DNA of 64,000 bases from assembly GCA_964016885.1 (NCBI GenBank), contig OZ024740.1:148738001-148802000 (forward strand). Reading direction: 5' to 3'. This DNA comes from Eledone cirrhosa (taxonomy: Eukaryota). The notes under the pieces are model-generated. The model was not told where the DNA came from, searched no databases, and saw only the letters and a program-made list of their open reading frames with translations. Each line of letters opens with the position of its first letter. Position 1 is the first letter of the stretch. Below are positions 54,007 to 64,000 of the stretch, piece by piece. The position numbers were made by a program, and so were the translations under genes.

Positions 54007-54764
54007 TGAGATTCTACAGGACTAGAACTGTTTCATTCTTTAGAAATCATCAGGAATCATCTATATTAAAACTTTTATACTCTGCTATGTATTGAGTACC
54101 TTACTTACTGTGGTTACCTCCGATTCAACCCGGAAGAACTTACTATATATATACATATATATATATAATTACAATGTATGTATATATATATAAAGCTTTG
54201 GGTTATTAGTATGCCATAAACAATTACCTAGATCGACAAGACCTCGTGGGAATAGTAATAATATAATTTAGTAATGTTACCCTAGATAATCCTATTCTAT
54301 CTAAGATGAGAATTAAACTTTCATACACTTAACATTATAAAACATAGCTAAACAGCACGTTTAAGGCTATGTTGAGGTCAGACGACATTTACACAATAAC
54401 GGCCAAATGCTTGTTTAAAATATACAAAGCCATCTAATCAAATAAAATCTTAGGTATACATACATGCAAATGTATACCTATTTTAAAATTTCTGTGCGCG
54501 CGCGTGCTTCTGGATGTAGACCGGTTCCAAATATTTTAGTATTTTCTGTAAATGTTCTATTTCTCAGACCCCTACAAGGACTTATAATCAAAATTGTATG
54601 CACATTCCTATCATAAAAGATTTGAGGATACGATTTGGAAAAACTTACAAATTTGAATCTTCATTACATGATAAAATGTATTGGGTGTTTTTACATCCTA
54701 ATCTATTACGGTGGACAATAGTGTTTAAATACCTGAATAATAATGTTTCTACTTTTGGCACAAT

Positions 54765-56600
54765 GCTGCTGCTTTGTCCGCGTCGCACGAGGATGTGATA
54801 GTATCCGTTGGATCCTTCTAAGGGAGCAGCAGTGGTGGTGTTGATGGCCTCCGACCCGGCCACCTCAGGGACATTATCCCGCCACACTTTGCTGAGATGG
54901 GAGCACGACTGATCAAACCATTACCGCTCTCACCAAAAGCATAGCGTACGACCCATTGCAGTGGTCAACATCTTTCGGTGATTTGCGGACAAGATAGTCT
55001 GCAGCTGAGAGTGGGAGTGAAGCATGGATGTTAGGCAGCTGCTTATGCGCCAGACACTTCATAGAACACAAGCCGCCTCCGTCATCTCACCTGCTAGTAA
55101 ATCAGGATATGAGTAACACCTTCAACAGCGTTAGGTGGGATAAAGTTTTAAAGACGTGTCTAAGACGTGCTCCTTATTTGCACCGTCTCACATACCTCTC
55201 ATATGCGACACCCAGCACAATCATGACTGCTGACAAAGGGATTAACTACGAAACAAGTGTCCAGAAAGGGGACTCCCTCGACTCGCTCCTTTTCGCACTG
55301 GCTGTTGATGACATCGTCCTCTCAGACTGCTCTCCTTTTAATGCATGGTACTTGGAAGACGCAACGCTTGAAGGCTCGGTTGAATCTGTTGTTGGGGACC
55401 TCTCGTAGGCCGTGCCTGCGACTGGAGATCAACCCGTTAAAGCCCGATGTCGTTGTGAACTACGGGGAAGTCGAATTCGAGGCTGCCGTACTCACCATCG
55501 ACCCAGTCCTGATTGGGATCCCAAAGGATATCGTCTGCATTCTAGGGTCTCCAATCCTCCCAAAAGTGATACATAGGGGCCTGGAGATCCAGCATGCAAA
55601 ACTGACAAGGCGGGTGAGATCAAGCTTCATCGACACACAGTCAACGCTCTTCCTCCTGGGGAACTACTTCGCTCTCCCTAAAATCCTTTTCACGCTACGC
55701 GGTACACCTTTTCACCCACTAGCAAATCGACTCGTCGAAGTCAATGCCACCATCCAACACATCTGCAATGTTTACTTTGACAGCGCCCGCTGTGAGATTC
55801 GTCGTTCCCAGCCACTGATCCTCTCTTGACTTGACACTGCCGGTCTAGCTCGTCTAATTATTCTCCATTCTTATCAATGAAATCCTCTGCAAGACGACAG
55901 GAGCTGGTGTGGCCCGGGAGCAGGACACAACTCTGGCTGATGGGACTGATGAAAGCTTTGCCGATCCCCAGTGTGCCGATGTCTAACGTCACTGGGATGA
56001 TGTCAAATGCAAGGCCACCTTCAGGCTGATTAGTCTTGGACCAACACTGACTCGCCTGCCTACGTTCCGCTTCGTAACTAAACAGTGGCACTCGGCTCAA
56101 TTCCATGCTTTCTTTATTAACCGATAAGTACAGCCACATTGGAGTGGCACATCACCTCGGCCTCCTCTTAACACCGTTGTGGATCAGCGATTTACGACGT
56201 CGGTCTGCATCCGTTATCTTACCGCCTTAGTGCAGACCGGTTCCCCCGCCTTATAGCTCTGAACGACATCATCATCGGGAACCTTGAAACAGCCGCTTTC
56301 TCGTCACAATTAGAGACGGCTGGCCTTGACTGTAGTGATGACAAGCGCCCCGACAGATTGATCCTCTTCGCTTTCGATGAAGCCCCGAGAGGTAGGGTGG
56401 CTGTTGCAGCGTGTGTATTTGGCCATTCTCCGCAGTAACTTTGCCATGCTGTCTGCGGAGCGCAACTGTGATACTGCTGAATTGGGGTACAATGTCTGTC
56501 CACGCCCCTCTCTCTTTCCTTCCGTGCTTGATACTTTCTTTCTTTTTCTTCTTTTCATTTCTTTTTTCCTTCTTTTTGTTCCCTTTAATATTGTGTTTGT
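54765..56600 (+). mobile_element. Decayed CRE-clade retrotransposon (RT + RLE remnants)
   Basis: RPIAV.N; DMSNTFNSVR; VQKGDSLDSLLFAL; AWYLEDATL; LEINP.K; KRPD; WLLQRVYLAILRSN. Confidence 0.8.
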
Positions 56601-57132
56601 CTTTATAAGATACTACTCAATTATTTTTATATAATGTCAATAGTTCTTTATGACATTATGGGATTTCGTATATTTCCATTATTTCATAATAAAGTATTTG
56701 TTGCTGTAGGCAATTTCTTCGTCTTTCACTATTCTCCACCTCTCACCTCATTTATATATTTATCCTTCTGGCCTCATAGCTATCTTTTTCAGAAACTGCC
56801 ATCTCGCTCCTTGTCCAATACTCAAACTATACTTTTTACCTTATAGCCCAGTTCCTTAATAGACACATATAATGACATTGAATAGCCTTGTATGTCATTA
56901 TAATTAATAAGGCTGTTTGAAGAAGTGTATATAATTCAAATGTCGCCAACTAGACAATGATGTTCTACTCTCTTTTCACTCTTTATTCATGTTGTTATTG
57001 TTCCGCTATTAATGTTTTCTATTTTCCTCATTGTTGTTATGATTTTCTGAGGCCTTTTAGGCATACATACATAATACATACATACATAATGCATGCATAG
57101 ATGCATGAATACATACATACATTCATACATAC

Positions 57133-57743
57133 ATGGTGGCTGCCAACTCGTTTTTGAGTACGGCCACTACTTTATATCCATGTAGGAGAACCCCTACCGA
57201 TGCGCTGAACGAGTGTGACTTTTTAGTCCAGCCAGCGACTTGAAAACTCTGGTACAAACACTACACTTGTAACAATTATTGACACATAATGCTGGGCCCA
57301 TGGTACCACGTGATGACAAGTGCAGAAAGATCTCCAGATATAAAGCAATGCCTGTGCCGTGAAGCTTTTATAGTGAGCAAAGGCACTGCTCAAAGCCAGT
57401 CCCACTCTCTTAACCAAGATGTTATTTACCAAAAAGAAGAACAAATCAACATCATTGGATACCATCAGGGTTGCAGGTGTTACATCAGAGTTTTCCTTCT
57501 CCTAGAATTCTGCCTTGACAAAGGCTAAGGGGTCATCTCTCCTGGTGATTTGGGTTGGCCATTGACTCTTAAGAGCTCTTTTGTCCTTTGACAGGTTTTG
57601 TTTTTAGTCCTACAGGATGTCCAAAGTCACCCTCCTCACCAAGAAACCTTGTTGGGGTTGCCAGTTTAGTCGCCAACGACCCGACCATGAGACAGGTTGT
57701 ACTGGGATACATGTTACCAGTAGCACCAACTGGTAACCTGACA
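57133..57743 (-). mobile_element. Family E copy (full length)
   Basis: Reverse complement of 49109-49719 with scattered substitutions; (TATG)n tail. Confidence 0.8.
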
Positions 57744-57816
57744 TGAATATATATATATATACATACATACATATATATCAAGTAAGAATATTTTAGAAAC
57801 AGCGAGTGGGTTTGAA

Positions 57817-58137
57817 ATTATTAGAAATGTATTTTGACTAAAGAAATTATTTAGCCTGATAGTGGGGTTAAGAACCCGCGGAGAAATGGAAAAAGATGAG
57901 TATTGACGTACATGGGAGTCGAACCCACATCTTTGGTTTTCCGGACCACTGTGCTACCATTTACACCAACACATCACCCGTCTTTTTCCATTCAAATTAG
58001 AAGCTATAAACTTAGCGACTGTAATGTCAAGGAAGAATATTTTAGTGTTGGTGAGGGTTCTTAACCCCACTATCAGGCTAAATAATTTCTTTAATTTCTT
58101 TAGTCAAAATACGGCGATAGCTTACATTTCTAATAAT
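57817..58137. repeat. Inverted-repeat element enclosing a tRNA-like sequence
   Basis: Outer arms 57817-57877/58055-58137; inner AATGGAAAAAGA/TCTTTTTCCATT. Confidence 0.75.
57904..57976 (-). other. 73-nt tRNA-like cloverleaf (probable pseudo-tRNA / Pol III promoter)
   Basis: Acceptor TGATGTG/TACGTCA; TGGTGTAAATGGTAGCAC A box; TGGT-CCGGAAA-ACCA arm; GTGGG-TTCGACT-CCCAT T arm; non-canonical C33 and short variable arm. Confidence 0.65.
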
Positions 58138-58448
58138 ATATATATATGTATATATATCAGTTTTTCTGATGCTGGAGATTAAATTTAAGATGTCGACTTC
58201 GAAAGCCGCTCATACCCTGTATATAAAGGTTATGGCCGTCGCTAGGTGGATGCATCGGTTATTTTCACTGCGAGTGATATAGATTTTGTAGCCCTGCTAC
58301 TGCTTTCTTGGCTGTTGCCGTTGCTAATATAGATTTACTAGTACTATATTGATATCACTAGTATTATTATTATTTTCATTAGTTTTTTGTTGCTCTTACT
58401 GTTAGTATTACCGTTATTATTACGCATATATATAGGTGAGTGTTTATG

Positions 58449-58548
<100 letters not shown>

Positions 58549-58557
58549 CACACACAC

Positions 58558-58593
<36 letters not shown>

Positions 58594-61500
58594 AGAGAGA
58601 TAAATATACACACATACATACATATGTGTGTGTATGTGTGTGCATTTGTATATGTGCGTGTGTGTGCGTTTGTGCCTATTACTTTTATTAATTTCTATTC
58701 ATACTTTGCTTGTAGGTGTTAAAGGATAATCACACAAATGAAAGTAATATTGTAGGACACAATATAAACCGTCTAAATCGACCTACACAACTTCGACACC
58801 GTCCATTAGCTTTGTGGGGCCAACAAGATAAGCAAATATTATTCGGGAATATTTTACACGACGGAAACGAAGCAGACGTTACGCGCAATTACATGACAAG
58901 GATAATATCCGAATATAATTTATTGTTAGACGAAAACGAAAGACAGAATATTTGGTGCATAGAGAATAAAAGGTGTGCTAGTAATGATAACCACGTTGAA
59001 CGGTGTGGTGACACAAAGATGAAAATATGTGATAACAAACTCAGTTATAAAAGGAGAAGGTCGCGGGATATGTAATGAATAAATCAACAAAGAAAGGATA
59101 GGTGAAGCTGCGTGCATTACATAATGATAAAATTAATAACAGATACAACTCCGGAGAAAGCCAAAATTTTTATTATATGTAACGGTGTTAAAATGAAAAG
59201 AAATTTATTTCATGTCCCATTCATATATGCAGTTTTAGCTGGCTTTTTACGAGGTTCCATCCCATAGTACATACTATAAAGTCATATTTGATTGCTAATA
59301 CCAGCAGTCGTATTTCTGTAATCTTAATGCATGTCTGTATTGTTTTACTAGTAGATGACTTAATTGTTTAAAATATAGTTTGCTTTATATATATAATTGT
59401 TTCATGTTTGACAAAGTATACTTACTAAAAGTGTATTAGTTATTATTTCAAGTCATACATTTTTGTACAAGAATATGAACTAAATAGAATTGTGAAGATC
59501 CATGCCTTTATGGGAACCATGTGTTTCTTTTTCCTGGGTGCGATAAACATGAGTGAAGAATCTCAGTAACTACTTGTTTACGATAATCTGGAATATACTC
59601 TCCTTTGATGAAAAGGAAAAATAAAATACGTGAGAGTACTAATCTTGTGGATTTGTTGTTGCTGATGCGTAATCCCAAATCAGTCCTCATCCAGAGGAAA
59701 TATAATCCAATGTATTCCAGCTGTAACCATTCTGTCTAATTTTCTGCCTATATAAAGGCCTATGTTATCTAATGAGCATATCATATTTTAAGGTGATACG
59801 ATGCGTTTTAAGAGAGATTTAGCTATGTTTAGCCAGTCAAAAAAATTGCTTTGTAGTTTACATTGGAGCGTAGTCTTCTACAAATTTGTTTAAACTTGCA
59901 AGCTGTTGTAAGAATAGAAAATAAAAGTATTGTTTGATACTATAGCGACTTTGTTTAGAAGAAATTATTTTATAGCTTATATGACAATAAACAATTCAGC
60001 AATTAAAACTTTTGTCGAATGATTTCAGTTGTATTATTTACCGCTGTTCGATCGTTCAAAATATATTTGCCTCTATTTAAATTTGATTGTTTTATATGTA
60101 GGTTTATAGTAATGGATTCCACAGTTGTTTGAGCATCGGATTATATGTTTTGTTTAAATTTGGGCACGTTTCGTTGTGATATTGACCACAATAAATCAAG
60201 TTCAACAATAATATATCTATGTCAAGTCTGTTGGAAATAAATAAAGCTTATATCTTTGTGGTGCACTGCCATCCCATGATCTTCATCCAGTGTCCAAAGG
60301 AATATCTGAGCAGAGTGGAATTGCGGCTCTTTCACTGTTTGTAAAAGCAATAAGTTCATTTAGTCAGAAAGTACATTTTACTCTAATACCTACTCTATGA
60401 ATCTGGGGATAAAATGGCTCGTGATACGAAATCATGCTCTGAGGCTCCGCGGCTCTGATATCTGAAGATCAGACGTAGATACAGTCGTCATCTATCAGCT
60501 ATGTTTTTGCACAATTCCATTTTGATCAAACAGGATCTTGGGTTACATATAGATCAAAATGATATATTTATATCGTCAATTTGTCTTCACCCAAGAAATA
60601 TTCATTGATGTCTATTATCTTCCATCGTATATTAGCCTTGTATTTTATAGCCGTAAAGTGGGAGCTGTTAACTTGATATTCCGGCCGACGTTTATTTCTA
60701 GTATTATGATTAATATACAACAGCCTTGGTTTGGATCAGGCTTTCTGCCGGAGAGTGAATAGAAAAGAGAGTGTTGGAAAATGTAGATCTTTGCTTGTCT
60801 CGATAGTGTATAAATTACTTGGTATAAACAATTGTCACTTTAAATTGTGAGGCTATGCCAAAGGGGACAGTGAACTATGACGGCATAGGATGGGTCACAT
60901 GAACTCATGGTCTGGAACACTCAGATAATTTGAGTTTATTTACAGCTATCCGAAAGTCTCACATCTGTACAAGATTCAATGTGATAAGTTTTCTTCTGTT
61001 TTAAATCTAGTTATTTATAATGTAGGAAGAACATTCTAAGAAATACAAAAGCATTTATTCTAGATTATTGATGTGATTTTGCTGCACTAACGATATTTAG
61101 AATTAAGAATTTGTTTCACACAATTGTGATTTTACACGAAGCCACTTCTTTAACTGAACATAACAATTGTGTTTACTTTTATTAATTTGCTGTATTTACA
61201 TTTGCGTCATATTGATACGAGTGCCATAATACTATGATTCGAGATTGTTACCTCGGTCAAACGAGACGCCATGGAAGTCAACAACTTCGTGGTTAGTGTA
61301 CCCACCTCCTTCAAACGTCTCAAATGCTGCAACTGAGCAACTGAGATATTGTGATCAACATAGAGACGTTGGAGAGGGATGTGGAGGGCTTAAGAATAAA
61401 CTATGAACACATTGAGTGAAAGGAAATATATAATATACTTTGTGTGTTGTTAGAAAAATCAAATGACATTAAGCGACCCCATAGATTGGATAAGACGAAC

Positions 61501-62109
61501 GATAACAAAATGGCATATTTTGGCAACAAATGAGAAAAAACTACAAATATAATTAGAGAGGTTTGAAGTGAATATGTGAATTTCGTTTAAAGCTGCGAGA
61601 AAGATGGAGGTAATGACAGTGGGAGTTCGGCTCTTCCACGTTCGGACCATATCCTTGTGGTTGTGTTCATTATCCATAGCGACAAGTTATTCTGATTACT
61701 TTCCCTTCTCCTCGTTTAGTTCTGAGTAAATCAGTGTTTTATGTACTAGCGAATAAATGGATCTAACGTTTCGCAACAAACCTAATATTATTGTTAATAA
61801 TAAATGCACAGGCGTCAAGCGACTAACAAAGTCCTAAATGTTAAAATATACGTTGTCTTCTTCGACAAAAATAATTCACGTGGTTGGTGTATCTAACATT
61901 TCTAATGTTATTACGTTACGAACATACCCTACATGCCATTTGAGAATGCATCCTCAAATATCATGTCCAAACACAGGAATCATAAAGCGTTTGTAAACAA
62001 TCATCCTCATTTGTAAGCTTCCTTTTCTTTTTTTTTCTTTCTTTTTCTCTTTTTCTTTTTCTCTTTATGTTTTTTTCTTTTTCTCCTTTTCCTTTGTCCA
62101 CTTATTCTT

Positions 62110-63030
62110 AGGGATGTCATGAGGGCAGATCCCACAAGCTCACCTTCTAACGGCTCCTGCTAGAATTAACCATCTCCAATTGATCGGGCTGGATGTCCAA
62201 GTGAGACAAGCCGAGCTCATGTATGTTATCCAACGATCTTGCTCGAGCTCTTCCCTGGGTTTCTTGCCCGTTGGTTTTGCCTGTAAATTCTATCCAGTGA
62301 CTCTTTACTTAGACATTCTGAGCACATGTCTGTAATATCGGAGCTGCGATCTCTCAATTCAGAAAAGTAGCGGCTCTAATTGGAGCCTCACTTCCGAGCT
62401 GTCTCTCTCTCTCTATCGAGTAACGTTACTTCAAAGAATCTTTGGTGGAACCCCATTTCACCATTTGTATTTGTGATCGTATTCTGTCGGTCATTACACA
62501 ACTTTCAAAGTTCTCCCATTTCTTAACTTTGGACATCTTTACTGTCTCTGCTGCAACTTTTGCGCGTGCTTATATTGCAAGTGCAGGGAGGGGTACTTAT
62601 TTCCAAGCCAAGCTTTATAAGCTTATTTCTTTTCTCTGACAGCATCTATAAACTCCCGATTGAATTTACTTTCACCCGCAACATGTAACAACAAAATTAG
62701 AAACTACTTCGCTGAAGAGTCTCCATTCCGTTTAAACGTCCTCAGCTTGCGCATGGAGTTATCTGAATTTGGATGCAATAGTATCCACATACATTGTCCT
62801 CACGCTCTTATTCGCCAGCATTTCCCACTTTGACATGTAGGTCGAGCTAGGCCTGCCCTATTTTTTAGATTTTCATGGTTTAAGTAGTATGAGGTTGCAG
62901 ATGCCTAAACGGTGATCAACTAAAAGCTTTGAGAACTGGCGATGAGCCTGCAACGTGTTCTGGGAGGCATTAGATGGATGCACAATGGCTGTGTATCTGA
63001 GACCCCAAAGAGAGTCCAAAAGGGAGCAAA
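62110..63030 (-). mobile_element. Decayed RTE-clade LINE 3' fragment
   Basis: VMTDRIRSQIQ, LEPLLF.IERSQLRY..HVLRM, AKPTGKKP. Confidence 0.68.
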
Positions 63031-63571
63031 TCTTACGTTAACTCTTGACTTTTATTTTAGATGTCATAAGTAATTTAAATATTTATGTGATTATTTATAA
63101 ACTACTTTCAATGGATATTGATCTAAACTTTTACACTCCTCGCCCCAAAGTCACTATAATTTTTATCAACATTGGCTAGATGGTATTTGCACAATGTTAA
63201 ATATTTTCTGTTGTCAAACAATGAAAAAACATATTGAGTAGTCTCCTCGGGACTTCAAACAAATAAGCGAATTGATATTCTATATTTCAACTGGGTCAAA
63301 AGCATTATGTTAAGCCTTTAAGACCAGATGTTTTTATTTTATTCGTTTTGAATCAATAACATTATATAGTAGACAAATTTGATACCTATCGCGTATGAGA
63401 ATTGTCTCTTCTTGGAAAGATTTTCCCGCAAAACTTGATTCCCCTAATAGATATACTGAAACGCCCTGAATGGTAATCGATGAATATGTAGGCTAACTAT
63501 CACTCTATATTTCTTATTTTCCTTTACTTGGCAACAAAAAAATACATGATGAATCAGAATTTTATTATAAA

Positions 63572-64000
63572 CTAGCAGTGGTACCCGGCGTTGCACCGGA
63601 TAAGGTATTTTGGAACGCGGGCCGCCAACAGACCTAATCGTGGAAAAACTGCATGCCTGGACAATATGTAAAGAAAATAAACCGAATACTCTGATGGCTG
63701 GATAATCTTTAAGATTTTCCTCGATGAAGCAGGAAAAATGCAGGTTTTCACCTAGGAGATCAAGAAAATGATTTTTTTTTAATGTGCATAACATGCCTTG
63801 AAATTTCGGGAAAATGGGCTAGAGGTAACGCCTCAAAAAGCCCTAAAAAGCTGAAAAAATGAAGTTTTTCACCTAATGCGGGCCCTAGGCCAAAAAAAGT
63901 AGGATTTTCTTTGCTCACTGTATGAAGAAGAGACTGACTAATACATAGTTACAATTTCCAGGACAATCGCTTTGACGTAACGCCTCAAAAAAACCTCTAA
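63572..64000 (-). mobile_element. Helitron-type 3' terminus; element runs off the window
   Basis: Minus strand CCGG-TGCAACG-CCGG hairpin, GTACCACTG, CTAG then T; internal GTAACGCCTCAAAAA repeats. Confidence 0.65.

Noticed and set aside
54017-54058. Minus-strand CTGATGA-TTTCTAAAGAAT-GAAAC...GTC
   Set aside because: Core present but stem I absent; not called
58165-58212. CTGATGC...GAAAGCCGCTC
   Set aside because: Core mutated and stems weak

Overview
Eukaryotic, AT-rich, microsatellite-dense DNA. The tRNA-derived SINEs and repeat spectrum resemble octopod cephalopods; this is an inference, not a database result. The only well-supported host gene is the last two coding exons of an SLCO/OATP organic-anion transporter (968-2389, +). 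The rest is mostly mobile DNA: Tx1-clade LINEs (one near full-length), R4/Dong-type and CRE-type RLE retroelements, a decayed Helitron, RTE/CR1 fragments, SINEs and several Penelope-like element (PLE) RT/GIY-YIG fragments. Two microsatellite-targeted systems stand out. (1) In (TA)n tracts, at least 10 short 'fold-back + tail' insertions from several unrelated families occur. Many carry hammerhead-ribozyme (HHR) folds, including a 569-bp head-to-tail, circularly permuted, retrozyme-like unit at 51385-53022. (2) In (AAT)n tracts, Tx1, SINE and Dong elements are chained through each other's tails, and the SINE 3' end mimics a Tx1 3' stem-loop (loop CTTGT) that also recurs in the Tx1 5' UTR. All structures were read by eye with no searches or folding programs, and boundaries of decayed elements are approximate. 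Most short ORFs in the supplied track are microsatellite or antisense artefacts.
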